Numbered from the whole stretch's first letter, positions 1 to 13,085 are shown. The stretch: 62,218 nt of DNA, filler included, from Hausera hauseri (GCA_046269625.1; 11 parts of 11 records of this genome joined end to end with filler, not necessarily neighbours in it); one strand, 5' to 3'. Notes: a model not told the origin generated them from the letters alone. Translations and numbers: made by a program.

Positions 1-18
1 CCATTTTACATACAGGCA

Positions 19-198
19 CTAGTCTTCAGCATCCTGGACTACCACATACTCGCACTTTGTTCTTCATAGCGGACAAGATATTTTACTGCTTAGCCATTTC
101 TGCAGACAACCTATACAGAACGTATGTGCATCACATGTCGCCATTCGCTTTGTTTTATCAGGCACCTGCTCCCAACAAATCGGACAAGTTTTCGACAT
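19..198 (-). pseudogene. Small C3HC4 RING-finger protein with premature stop
   Basis: Manual translation MSKTCPICWEQVPDKTKRMATCDAHTFCIGCLQKWLSSKISCPL*RTKCEYVVVQDAED*; TGA at 64-66 replaces the last RING cysteine; too short for the ORF track. Confidence 0.8.
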
Positions 199-434
199 TT
201 TGAAATAATGAACGATTAATGCAAGTAAATGTCACACTGTATTGATTTTTTATTCAAATTTCAAATTTATTGATTTTATTGATCTTACTTGGTCTTAATC
301 TATATAGTACTTACTTAGTTTTACTTGGCCTTATCCTATATTCCACATTATTTGATCAATAAGACAACACGATATTTCTATACAGGATTTATTACAACAA
401 CAAAGCATAACAAAGAATAACAATATGTACATAT

Positions 435-775
435 TTACAGTATCACATGTTCATGAGGTAGTGTGTGGACTCCATCGCTCATGATCTGCCGTTTGTCGTC
501 TATCCAATCTAGGCTGTTCTTTTGCAGTTCTACTGTTTGGATATAATGATCTTCAGATAGGATCCTTCGCATTTCCGATATTATGTGAGTCCTCTCCTGC
601 AAAACTATCACATAGTCCGCAAAACTGATCTTTTTGGCCAATGTAGTTCTTTAAACGCCTTTTGCTCCTTTTTTGATTTGGCCACATACGTCTAGAGCAT
701 ACATTTTTGAAAAGGTTGATGATCTTCCCATTCACCTCGTCTTTAAATTTCCCGAGGACTTTTGTTGGAACCTGA
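435..775 (-). mobile_element. Maverick/Polinton protein-primed DNA polymerase B, C-terminal remnant (frameshift and stop)
   Basis: KVLGKFKDEVNGKII / SKMYAL...KKGAKGV*...KISFADY / H-IQTVELQKNSL..DDKRQIMSDGVHTLPH, the characteristic Polinton PolB C-terminal motifs. Confidence 0.8.
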
Positions 776-1133
776 CTGATTAGTTGGGGAATCCGGCCAA
801 CATCAAGAAGATTAAGTGAAGAAGGGTAGGGGATGTATATAGTGTATATATAAATATATAGTGTAGATATATAGGAGTGTATGTATGTATATAAATGTAT
901 GAGTGTTCATAGGTTGGTTGCATTGTGCATGATAGTTGTATAAAAATAAGGGTTGTATGGAATGTATAAAATGTTGAATGAATGTGCGTGATATAAAAAT
1001 AGAATGTGTAAAATAATGGATGCATGACCCTGGCGGGGTTCGGAAAACTGAGAAGGCAAGAGTGATCATGGTTAACCGTGAGTTGATAGCTGTTAGTCGG
1101 TTTTTACAAAACTATTGTTTTATAATTGCATGA

Positions 1134-1540
1134 ATGAGTAACATTCATGTAACTGAACCATCAACAATTGGGAAAGTTGTTTTAAATACTACTTGTGGAG
1201 AAGTAGAAATAGAAATATGGTCAAAAGAAGCTCCTATGGCATGTCGGAATTTTGTTCAACTCTGCCTAGAAGGATATTATGACAATACGATATTTCACCG
1301 AGTTGTGAAAAGGTTTATGCAAGGTGGTGATCCAACAGACAGAAATACACAGTCGACTTAGATTTAACAGACGCGGTTTAGTGTGCATGCATTCAGTAGA
1401 AAATCAAGTTATCAGAAGTCAGTTCTTTTTCACTCTCAACCAAACTCCAGAACTGCAAAATAACTACAAAATATTCGGAACGGTTGTTGGGATCACGATA
1501 TAATATGATTAATCTTGCTGAAGGTGAGATTGACAAATGT
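1134..1540 (+). pseudogene. CWC27: Spliceosomal cyclophilin CWC27, N-terminal PPIase-domain fragment, frameshifted and intron-less
   Basis: [64 protein letters not shown]; continues in other frames as [14 protein letters not shown] and QFFFTLNQTPELQNNYKIFGTVVGITIYNMINL. Confidence 0.85.
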
Positions 1541-1847
1541 CATATTGAATCCTGTTAAAGACGTCGATATAACTGATTATGCTAAAACGAAGAATCTAAA
1601 AACTATTCGACGACAGAAGACAATTGAAAATGTAATACATGTATTTCCAGAATTGAACGTACGAGGAGATCGGGAATTGTCTGTGGAAAAGAAAAAGTCA
1701 ATTAATGTCCAAATTGAAAAGTTAACCAATCGAAAGCTGAAGCAATCAATAACAGACCGAAAGAATAAAATGAAGGATTTACGAGAAAAGGCAAAACAGA
1801 ATTAGGCAAAATTTAAGTCGGAAATTGAATTTGTAAAATCTGTCGAA

Positions 1848-2615
1848 TTGAATAACGTAATTTTCAACGACACAATTTCGATGCTAAAGGCTGAAAACAA
1901 ACTTAACGTTATGCTTGACGAATTAAATCTCAATGATAAGGAGAACGTTAATAGCGATATTCAAATGACTCAAATTTCAAATGAAACAAATGCCGTACAA
2001 ACCAACATAGACGTTTTTTTGGATTTAATGAACGAACATATACCGACCGAATTTTCTTCGGATGATGTCATTGGTCTTATAAAATACTTAAACAATGTCT
2101 GTCTACAGATGCAAACACGACCTGTTGAACTTAACAACACATGGGATGAAACAGACCATACTGACTCGTCTTTTCATTTTGAATTATTGCGTTTATATGA
2201 TGAATTGAACAGTGTTTTAGTACAGTATGAAAGATATGATAGAACGTTCGCCAGTTTAGCTAATAAAGCGGAAAAGAATCATGACATTGAAGAAATGTCT
2301 AATGTTAACCATACGGATAATTATGCTGCTCGAAATAAAGCATTGCTTAACATTTGGGGCAAAATGACACCATTGGAAAAGATTTCTATTGTGACTGCTC
2401 GACACATAAAAACCTATCCCCATTTTCCACAACGCAACAAGATACTGACAATCGTGGATAATCCAGTACAGGGCAAGGTACGATTCATCTTTGTGTATTG
2501 TTCTATCGGCGATTTTTTTTTCTATTTTTTATCCACGATATATTTTATCTACTTTTCCCTTATTACCTTGCCCATTATTTTGCCGGCACAATGTTACCTT
2601 CCCGTGGTTTTGTAA
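1848..2615 (+). pseudogene. ORF containing a TOM1/GGA-family GAT-domain fragment (~1983-2241) joined to unrelated sequence
   Basis: VQTNIDVFLDLMNEHIPTEFSSDDVIGLIKYLNNVCLQMQTR...ELLRLYDELNSVLVQYERYDR matches the TOM1 GAT pattern (L..L...C..MQ.R...ELL..ND.LN.V...YER); no VHS domain visible. Confidence 0.65.
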
Positions 2616-3691
2616 GTAGGGAAATATCTCAATCTTATTTACCTAGACACAACAGTGGTTTCTGATTCACTATATTTATATAAGCATTTAGCCCATACCA
2701 TCCGTTGTAAGATATCCAACTACGTGTTCACGACCTTTCTTAGATCATTTTTTAAAACAATATTCCGATCCCTAAGATTCGTCGAAAACAAACCGATTAT
2801 AAACTTCCTTAACTATTCCGTAAAAATTAGGAATTTAATTGTTACAAACAGGCACATCAAAATTATATTTAAAAATAACCCGTCGAATAGTACGCAATTT
2901 AGTGGAGTATTTAGTTTAACTTTCCGAGATTTTGTGAGTGATTTGATAAACATTACATCATGGGGGAATTCGGATTATTCAGAGATGGTATTCGTCATTT
3001 TATATTGGTCCACTTGAGCAGCTTTACCTTTTCTCTTCATTTATGATCCAGCCTGTTTGTGGTCGTCTCAAGTATTTGACCTACCACCTTTATCCAGTGA
3101 AACCATCTTTGGGTAATGTCTATTGCTATTATTCTGACAGGATTCCTGCCACTTCTGGAATTTTAAATAATTTCAGCCAAACATTTCCTTTTAATCCTGA
3201 AATGATAAATTTCGTCTATTCTATTCAACAGTTGTTGCACTTTACTCACAGTCCACGACATGCTTTTTCGAGATACCTCGCACTCGCAAGAATTTATGAA
3301 CTTCATGACGGCAACATAGAAATGAAAGAAGTGGTACAGGCATCTCATTCTCTTGAGTTGCAGACAAATCATGACATGATAAACCAATCAACCTTCTCTA
3401 CTACATCAATGAGTCCCACGCCATGGTGTGTTTCGTCACCACAACAACCACTTGAGTTTATGCCAACTATCTCTCTTTTACTCTTCCAACAACCACCATT
3501 TACTAACACATAGAATGACAACTTCGATTGACGCATCATACCTACACAACTACGTACTACACGCCATCAACATTTCTGATTTTTATCTAACATACAATAA
3601 TATACCAATAATTAACACCAACCTCTGTAACCTTTCTGTATCTTCAACACACTGCATCATTATTCACATACACATTCGCATACGTGGTGTA

Positions 3692-4786
3692 ATGGAATCA
3701 TCACCTACCATTAACACTACTGACCGAAATACCTCCAAAATATCACATTTGGCTTTCAACCAAAAATCTTCGATTGTTACCACGCCATATTCTTTCAGTA
3801 GTTATGCTTCTACAATCTCGCCAGTCAAACACACTTCTCAGTGCACAGAATATTTTATTGACCACGAACAGTCTAACAAAACGTGGCTTAGCTTCCACCA
3901 ACTCTGGTTGCAATCAAACAATATCACTGATCCGCTAACCAAGGCCCATAACCTGCTTTGTCTTCTTCTAACAACGGTAAAAACGGTAATTCATGATTTG
4001 CTCGATATCTTCCAGAAACCTGATCCATATACGCATCTTTACAACGCAGTTTTGAAACTTACCGAACCATCTATGGACTCAATAATTTACCGTTTCTTCA
4101 ACGACAATGCAATGGGGGAGCAGAAACAATATGATTTTCTTAGAACGTCACTCGTGCAACTCCAAACACTTGGCGTAACGAAACAACATAACGCCGATCT
4201 TTTGCGACGTTACTTCCTAAATGCATTGTCCATACAAATTAGGGCCTTGCTTACTGTCGTTGAAGAATCGACAACATTGGATAAATTAGCCAAACTGGCG
4301 GATAAAACATATGAAATTATGAACATACACACTCAACCAGTCATTTCTGCAACAGTTTCTACCAAAAATGTTTCACTTGAATAGCAGTTAAACGAATTAC
4401 GCGTCGAAAATGCAGCACTCCACCACACCATCAACTTTATCAATGATAAATTGAATAATCTTTCTTTAGAGCGTCGTAATGTGCCTCCATCTAATCGAAC
4501 ACGTTCTCCTGCTAGAAGTCGAACACCGTCACCTACGAGGTCTCTCGTATGCTATTACCACACCAAATTTAGTAACAACGCAAATAAGTGTTGCTTAGGG
4601 TGTAAATATTATTCGCCAAATCTAGATTCAAGTAATATAATTTGCGTCTATCATTCAAAATTCGGTCCTAATGCTAGGAGTTGTATTACTGGCTGTACAT
4701 ACAAAACTAACAAAAACTATTCCATCGACAGACGTACCAACATCTCTAATAGCAGCCGTTCTAGTTCACCAATCCAAAAAAACTGA
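3692..4786 (+). pseudogene. gag: gag of CsRn1-type element, premature TAG at 4382-4384, two CHCC fingers
   Basis: ORFs 3428-4384 and 4451-4786 are in the same frame; CYYHTKFSNNANKCCLGC and CVYHSKFGPNARSCITGC fit Cx2Hx9Cx3C. Confidence 0.88.
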
Positions 4787-7687
4787 TGTCGCAGCCAGTA
4801 TCCTCGGCAGATACTGGCAAATGTAACCTATCTAATTCCTTTAGCCAACACGTTTCATTTGCCGTTTTCACATTAAAAGCTACTATCTCCAATTTTAACA
4901 TCCAGTCCATAGATTTTCTCATTGACACTGGTGCAGCGATATCACTGCTTCCATTTACCTTTCTGGTTCAACATGCTCCATCTAAACTGAAACCTTTATA
5001 CACTGCATCTGGTCAAGCTCTTCGTGTCGCCGGAACCTGCAAACTTTCTTTCACTTTACAAAATTTTTCCTCGCCATTTCATTGGACATTTACAGTCGCT
5101 AACGTCCGGACTGCAATACTTGGCTCAGATTTCCTTTCACATTACAATTTACTAGTTGATTGTAAATGACTCTGTTTGAAAGCAAATACATCTGAAAACC
5201 TTAATACAAAAATAGACAGCATTACAACGACAACACAGTCCACATTAAATAAACCATCTATTTTAAAACACTCGGTACTTCGTTCTAATCCCAATAACAA
5301 TATGGTATTTTCTGTAAAAATACTGAACACTAACATTTACTCAAACATGGTTCCGGACCAGACCATCTTACTTCAGGCCCAACTTGATTTTTCTTCAACA
5401 ACTAATCATCATATATCAAGTACTTCTATCAATCTCGGTTCATCATCAGTTACAACATTCCAACAACTACCGACAAGTTTACAACAATTCTTTCATACCT
5501 CTTGTCCTCGGATACTTCAGAAAGATAGGAATTTCACTTCAGTAAATAGCATTTACCACCATATAAATACAACACATCAAAGGCCAATAAGACAAAAGGT
5601 CCGTCCATTGTCACCGCGACGAAGACAGGCAGTAGAAGCTGAATTTATGGAACTTGAACAATCAGGTATCGTCCGCAGATCTAAATCACCATGGTCTTCG
5701 CCTCTTCACGTCGTACAAAAAAAGATGGATCTTTCCAACCATGCGGCGATTACCGCCAACCTAATACGTTAACAACAATGGACGCATACCCACTACCATT
5801 AATTATGGACATATTACATCAACTTAATACTTTCTCAGTTTATTCGACAATCGATTTAGCTAAGGCTTACCATCAAATACCTGTCGCACCGGAAGACATC
5901 GAAAAACAGCAGTCACCACGCCTTTTGGACTTTACGAGTATTTATATATGCCTTTCGGTCTCCAGAATGCAGCGCAGACGTTTCAAAGACACATTGATTC
6001 AATACTTTCAGACTTCACTTTTGCGCATCCCTACATTGACGATATCTTGGTTGCCTCCTCATCAGTTAAACAACACAAAGAACATCTACGATCCATCTTC
6101 AAACGCCTTAACCAGTTCAATCTACAAATCAATTTTTGCGAAATGCAACTTCTTTAAAAAACGCGTTAATTTCCTCGGACATATTGTCTCAACAGATGGC
6201 CATTCGCCTCAACCTGATTGAGCTGAGACTCTTAAAAATGTTTAACTACCAAAGACAACAACAGAAAAGAGCAATTTCCTAGGTACATTACACTTCGTCC
6301 ACAAATATATTCCGTATTGTTCGGAACTAACGGCACCGTTTGCACACTTAAGTGGAGGAAAGAAACATCAGAAAATCATGTGGACGCCACAGCTGGTCAA
6401 TGATTTCGACAAGTTACGCGAAGGACTAAAGACTGTGGAAATACTGGCATTCCCTAAACCTGACGCTGAGTTAATCTTAACAACAGATGCGTCAAACACC
6501 GCAGTAGGAACTGTACTACACCAATTATACAAAGAAGAAAACCAACCTTTAGAATTTTTCTCCCGCAAACTCATTGCACCTGAAACAAGATATTCCACGT
6601 TTGATCGAGAACTATTGACAACCGTTCTCGCCTTAAAGCACTTTTCACATCTACTCGTCGCTCGTCATTTCACTCTGCAAACTGACCACAATCCTTTACT
6701 TAACATCATGGCCATGAAACACCCCTCCACACGCCAAGAACGGCAAATATCATACTTATCGACGTTTAATTTTGATATTAAACATATTAATGGAGTTAAC
6801 AATTTAGTCGCTGATTTTTTATCTAGGTTAGTTAGTTCTATTAATTTTTCTCCAATTTTTACTGAAGAACAACTCCAACAAAACCAACCACTTCCAGACA
6901 TGCTTAAGTCTTTCAAATCTTGCACAATCGTTGACGGCGTGGCTTTGGACACCTCCAAATTGGGTCATTCAGTAATCATTTTAGCACCTCCATTGCAAAG
7001 ACAAGCCTTTCATCACGTGCATTCATTACACCATCCTGGTGCTAAAGCCACTTTTTGTCTCCTCCATTGACAAGTCCTATGGCCGTCGATGCGTTCTGAC
7101 GTGCAGGCATGGATTAAGGAGTGTGTGGCATGCCAAAAATACAAAACAACTAAGCATTTAATCAACCACTATTCCACTTTCCCTGCACATCGCGTTTCAA
7201 GTCCGTGCATATCGACATTGTTGGCCCTCTTCCTCCAGACAGCAGTCATAAATTTATCCTCACCATGATAGACCGTTCCTCGCGATGGCCAGAAGCCATC
7301 TCTCTGAGGAGTACTAACATCGACACCATTGCTGACGTTTTCATTTGCACATGGATTAGCAGGTTTGGATCACCCGTTTTATTATCATGGACCAAGGTCC
7401 ACAATTTGAATCCAACCTGTTCAAATCTATTGTTAACCGATTGGGGATCCACCACATTCATACTACGCCTTATTATCCCCAATCAAACGGCCTCCTAGAA
7501 CGCTTCCACCGCACACTGAAAACGTCACTACGCATTCTCGCAGAGTCCAACAGAAGTTGGACCAATCTTCTTCCGTTCGTCCTGCTCGGTTGGTGAAACA
7601 CTCCGTCCACTTCCATAGGATGTTCGCCTACCAAAGCCCTATTTGGAACACCTGTTTGCTCCTTGTTCGAATTAACCGCACTAGATA
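4786..7687 (+). pseudogene. pol: pol (PR-RT-RNase H-IN) in -1 frame relative to gag, several stops and frameshifts
   Basis: Domain motifs spread over ORFs 4786-5169, 5176-5772, 5691-6221, 5948-6157, 6378-7070, 7205-7498, 7387-7596. Confidence 0.92.
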
Positions 7688-7787
7688 NNNNNNNNNNNNN
7701 NNNNNNNNNNNNNNNNNNNNNNNNNNNNNNNTTAATTAATTAANNNNNNNNNNNNNNNNNNNNNNNNNNNNNNNNNNNNNNNNNNNN
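7688..7787. other. Artificial contig-joining spacer (44 N + TTAATTAATTAA + 44 N); identical spacers at 12986-13085, 17619-17718, 22013-22112, 26539-26638, 31977-32076, 38683-38782, 45639-45738, 49819-49918, 56581-56680
   Basis: Ten identical 100-nt blocks; the core TTAATTAATTAA puts a stop codon in all six frames, which is an assembly concatenation linker. Confidence 0.98.
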
Positions 7788-7844
7788 TTTAGATACTAGA
7801 TAGACAAAGACCGGCAGAAGTAAAAACCAACACCTTTTTCCTTA

Positions 7845-10800
7845 ATAATGAATTTAGGGGATCCAAACCTGATGAACCAAGTGCGCATAAAAACATCGGC
7901 TTTTGTGTCCGTGTTAGTACTCCGTAGAGGGACGGCTTTTGGCCATCGTGAGGAATGATCCATCATGGTTGAAATGAACTGATGACCGTTGTCAGTGGGA
8001 ATTGGGCCGATAAGATCAATATGTACGGACTCGAAACGCGATGTACAAGGGCAATGATACAGTGGTTGCTTCAAATGCTTGATGGTTTTAAATTTTTGGC
8101 AGGTTACACATGCCTTAACTTACGTTTGCACATCAGAAAGCATAGTCGGTCATATTACTTGCCGGTGAAGTAAACGAAAAGTCGCCTTAGCACCAGGATG
8201 GTGTAGTGAATGTACACTGTTGAATGCCTGTTTTTGCAAAGCAGGAGCCAAGATTATTGTAGCCTGTCCAGGATTAGATGTGTCGAAAGCTATGCCGTCA
8301 ATAATGTTGTTAGATCAAAAAGATTTAAGCATGTCCGTAGGTAGTTGGTTTTCTTGCAGCTGAGCTTGTGTGAAAATGGGCCGAAATTTAATGAAGCTAA
8401 CAGATATGGAAAGAAAATCAGCGACTAAGTTATTTACATTGTTAATGTGTTTCATCTAAAAACTGAACGTCGACAAGTATGAGATCTGTCGTTCTTGTCG
8501 AGTAGATGGGTGTTTTATTCTCATGACATTTATTAGGGGTTTATGGTCCGTTTGTATGATGAAACGTCGAGCAGTGAGTAAATGTGAGAAGTGTTTTAAG
8601 TCAAGGACTATCGCTAGTAGTTCTAGGTCGAACGTGGAGTATCTGGTTTCAGAGGTGTTAGTTTGCGTGAAAAGAACTCCAGTAACTGATTTTCACCTTC
8701 ATGAATTTGATGCAGTACGGCGCCCACAGCAGTGGTGGAGGCGTCTTTTGTGAGGATTAGCTGTGCATCATGTTTGGGGAAAGCTAATATTTAGACAGTT
8801 TTTAAACCTTATCTTACCTTTTTGAATTTGTTAACTAGTTCAAATGTCCATTGTATTGACTGGTGTTGTTTTTAACTACTGAGATGAGCAAATGGTGCGG
8901 TAAGTTCGGAGCAGTACGGCACATACCTGTGAACGAAGTGCAAAGTGCCCTAAAAGCACCTCATTTCTGTTGTTGTTCGAGGTAGTTGCACGTTTTTGGG
9001 GCTTCAACTCGATTGGGCTGAGGTGAGTGACCTTCAGATGAAGTGATGTGACCACGGAAATTTATACGTTTCTGGAAAAAGTTATATTTGGCAAAATTAA
9101 TCTGCAGGTTATTCTGATATCGGCGTTAAAAGATTGATCTTAGATGTTCTTCATGTTGTTTGGTTGAGAAAAAAACAAATAATATGTCGTCGATGTAGGG
9201 GTGAGCATATGGAAAATCTGAAAGAATAGCAGCGATGTGATGATGAAAGGTCTGCGCCGCGTTCCGTAGGCCGAATGGTATATATAAATATTCGTAAAGG
9301 CCGAAAGGTGTTGTAACGGCGGTGTTTTTGATATCTTCGGGTACCACCGCGATTTGGTGATAAGCCTTAGCCAGGTCAATAGTTGAATAGATTGTGGTGG
9401 AATTGTAACGATATAATGTCTTTTATCAAGGGTAAAGGTACATGTCCATTACAGTCAAAGAGTTTAACTTCAGGTAATCACTACATGGTCGCCACGATCC
9501 ATCCTTTTTTGAACCACATGCAAAGGAAAAGACCACGGAGACTTTGATCGACGTACAATTCCGATACATTCAAGGTCAGCGAAATGGGCTTCGATCGCCT
9601 GTCTGCGTCTGAGCGAAAGTGGTCGTACCTTTTGACAAATGGGCCTTTGGTTTTGCGTAATGATGCGATATAAAGTATTATTTTCTGGTGTGAAAGACCT
9701 ATCTTTCTTAAGTACACGAGCGCATTATATAATAAGGTACTGTTGCAAATTTTTCGGCAATTGTGAAAGATCAGGCGGAATGGTTGTGTCATGAATAGTT
9801 GAAATTTAAAAGGTACTCAGTGGCTTAACATCTTTACGATTTTTAGATAGATTGGATGTGCCGAAAAATGGATAAGAGGTATTGATTCTATCCGATGTGC
9901 GTATTATGTTAAAGAAATCGCACTTGTCATTGTTTAATCTTGTTTTGTTGTCAGCATCGTATTTGATTAATTTACGAAATATATTGTGGTTATTAGAAAT
10001 TGCTGGTTTAATAGTCGGTAATTTCAAAATAGACTTCCTTGGGCCGTTCGTTCGTTTGATGGTTGAGACACTATTCATCAGTTCGGTTTGATTTTTATTA
10101 ATGGTGTTTTTCAAACAACGGTGTTTACAATCCACCAGGAGATTGTAATGCGGCAGAAAATCGGACCCAAGGATAGTCGTTTGGACATTTGCGACTGTAA
10201 ATGTCCAATGAAATTTAGAGGAGAAATTTAGAAAGGTGAAAGAAAGTGTAGAAGTTCCGGAAACATGTAACGGTTGTCCGGAAGCTGTGAAGAGATTTTA
10301 CTTTAGATGTAACGTTGTAGACGGGAAAGGTGAGTGGTAGAAGTGATATTGCTTCAACTGTGTTGATAAGGAAGTTTATATGTTGGGGTCTCGGGGCGAT
10401 GGTAGAAGCTTTCAACGTGAACACAGCGAGAGAAATTTTTCGGCTATTAGCAAGTGGAGAAAAGCCTTCGCCAGTGCGTGCCGAAAGCTCTGTCAGCGAA
10501 ATTAGTTTTTAAAAAAAGGAGAAACAGGGTGGCTGTTAGAAGGCAGGTTTGTGCGTTCGCCATTTGCATGATGAGATTTGTTGTTAAAAGTGCAATCAGA
10601 GATGCATCTGCGTGCATTGTCTGAATTTTGCATGATATATGCAAATGACGTTGTCTGTATGGTATCTTTGATTATAAAATTTGCACCCTAGGTGGCATTT
10701 TTGTGCATTATTATCAAACCTACCGTGGTAATAGCAAATCAGTGATCGTCCGGTTGAGGATGACCCATTACGAGATATGGAACGGTTACGGTCAGGAATG

Positions 10801-11593
10801 AAACCATCCCCCCGTCGAGTCAATGAAATCTCGTTCATTTTATTATTGATATTACTTATTGTTGTTTGTAAGGCCGCATTTTCGGCTCGTAGTTGATTTA
10901 AATGCTATTTGAATGTAGCGTTGTTGGTAGTAACGACTGCAGGAATGGGTGGTTGGGTGTGTACATTCAAAGCCTCGTATGTTTTGTCTGCCATTTCGGC
11001 TAATTTATCAAGCATCATCGGTTCTTCGACGACAGTAAGGACCTATTTTGTATGGGCAGTGCGTTCAGGAAGTAATGTCTCAAAAGATCGGCATTATGTT
11101 GTTTAATGACGCCAAGTGTTTGAAGTTGAACGAGTGAAATTCTAATGAAATTTGACGGTTTTTGCGTCCCCATATCATTGTCGTTGAAAAACCAATGAAC
11201 TATGGAGTCCGTAGATGATTCGGTAAGTTTTAGAACGGCGTTGTAAAGATGGGTGTATGGATCAGGTTGTTGGAAGATGTCTAGCAAATCATGAATGGAC
11301 GTTTTAACTGTAGTCGGTAAAAGACAACGTAGGTTATGAGCTTTGGCTAGAGAATCAGTAATACCATTAGACTGCAGCCAAAGTTTGTGAAAACTAAGCC
11401 AGGTTGTGCTGGACTTTTCATGATCGATAAAATATTCTGTGCGCTGGGAAGAAGTGTATTTGGCTGGCGGAACGGAAGGTGTATAAGTGGTGAAAGTAGA
11501 TGGTGTGGTGACAGTCGACATGTGGTGAAAAGCAAAATGTGATGGTTTAGAGGTAGTCTTGTCAGTGGTGTCAATGGTGGGTGAAGAGTCCAT
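7845..11593 (-). mobile_element. CsRn1-type Ty3/Gypsy copy 2 (heavily decayed, truncated inside integrase)
   Basis: Gag MDSSPTIDTT...LWLQSNGITD, CYYHGRFDNNAQKCHLGC; [24 protein letters not shown]; IN VHIDLIGPIP; colinear with copy 1. Confidence 0.93.
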
Positions 11594-11849
11594 GCCACAA
11601 CGTATGCGCAAATGTACATGGATAACAAGATGTGAGGTTGAAGGAGATAAAAAATTGTAGACATTGGTATTAGCGAGTGGTAGATTATTAAGAGTTAAGT
11701 AAAAGTCTGAAAGAGCAGTAAAATGTACATATTTGTGTAAGACAGTGAGTCTATATTGTATGTTATATTGTGCGTCAGTATTTGAGAGTTATTTAGTAAA
11801 AAGTAAAGCGAAAGAGGTGTCACAGACCCTATTGAGTGATGTTCTAACA

Positions 11850-12583
11850 ACGAAGACACTGACGCAATTCTGTAACAGCGAATGTTAATTAACTGCCTTT
11901 CATGTTTTCGAGGTACGAATTGTATTAGTGCCGATTTTCCGCAACCTGGAGGGTTAGAGAGAAGCTCATTGTAGACGTTTGGATCAGTTAATGAGTCGAA
12001 TAGGGCTATAACTGTCTCGTTGCCTACCACTTCACATTCTCTATCGATGTCATCACAACATAACCAAGAATTAATAGCATTATGTTTGTGAACGTTTAAA
12101 ATGTTCAGCAAACATTCTTTATTTAAAGAATGACATTCGACTGAACTCTGTATGAATTTATACAGACTTTCAACGTAACCCATTTCATAGCCAGGAAAAT
12201 AGTCGGATATTTCCTCGATTCCAAATTAAATTTCAAAACTGTCGCAATAAACAAAGTAGATAAGTTGAAATGGGACAGTAAGTTTCCATACTTCTCTGAT
12301 AACGTTTCGACATTTTGCCAGAAGTTATTATTACTGAATTGTTGGATAAAATAATGTCTAACTTCAACGAATTCATAGTCGGGTTTTCGGCAAACCATTT
12401 CACTAACTTCGATTTACCACATTGAGGATGACCAGACCTTTCTTGGGTTTCAGAAACTATTTCAAGCTGAATCAATCTGGCAGCTAGATGTAATACCGAT
12501 GGTAGTAAAACATTTATTAAGTCGGTATCTACCATTTGGAGTAAAGGTGATATTGTTCCGAGTAGCAGACCGATGACATGCAT
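11850..12583 (-). pseudogene. Fragments of a multi-AAA P-loop ATPase, possibly midasin-like
   Basis: Two Walker A motifs in neighbouring broken ORFs: SGHPQCGKSKLVKWFA and LLSNPPGCGKSALIQF; family assignment is tentative. Confidence 0.4.
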
Positions 12584-13085
12584 TGATTTGAGAGCATACG
12601 TTTATTCCACCAATAACAACATTGTTCTATTCCGCCTTGATGATCCAGAATTATTTGCTTTAAAATCGTCCAACAAATGAGGAACATCTTATTAACTCGC
12701 AAACAATAACCTCAAGACAAGCAAATACACTTGACGTTGTCAATCAATTTACAGTTTTTAAATCAGCACATTTGAAAGATTCAAAATCGTGATTTTGCTC
12801 ACGAGGAACATCAACTACTAGTTAAATAAACGATGGGATTGTAACTGAATATCGGTACTATCTCTTGTAAGGAAAACTCTATGAATCACATTAAACGACT
12901 CAACTGGAATTGAAGCTGTTTGTGCAAGAAGGCGTCGAATGCATTGTTTTGATAAAAGAGTATTACAGGCCTTTAGACAATACATNNNNNNNNNNNNNNN
13001 NNNNNNNNNNNNNNNNNNNNNNNNNNNNNTTAATTAATTAANNNNNNNNNNNNNNNNNNNNNNNNNNNNNNNNNNNNNNNNNNNN

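Larger units (their letters stand above)
3692..7687 (+). mobile_element. Ty3/Gypsy LTR retrotransposon, CsRn1-type lineage, copy 1 (decayed; runs off contig end)
   Basis: Order gag, PR (IDTGAAIS), RT ([29 protein letters not shown]), RNase H (TTDAS, YSTFDREL, TDH), integrase (H..HHPG, C..CQK, HIDIVGPLP, DQG.QF, ERFHRTLK). Confidence 0.95.

Noticed and set aside
780-1069. His/Tyr/Ile-rich ORFs
   Set aside because: Translation of low-complexity TA/CA-rich DNA.
2460-2590. Possible cyclin-box fragment (LCVLFYRRFF / YPRYIL)
   Set aside because: Too short, frameshifted and T-rich to distinguish from chance.
7732-7743. TTAATTAATTAA recurring ten times as a biological repeat or piggyBac target
   Set aside because: Always centred in exactly 44+44 N; an assembly linker. 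Adjacency across these spacers has no biological meaning.
3692-11593. Copies 1 and 2 as one giant inverted-repeat element
   Set aside because: They are on separate contigs joined by the linker and are clearly diverged from each other.
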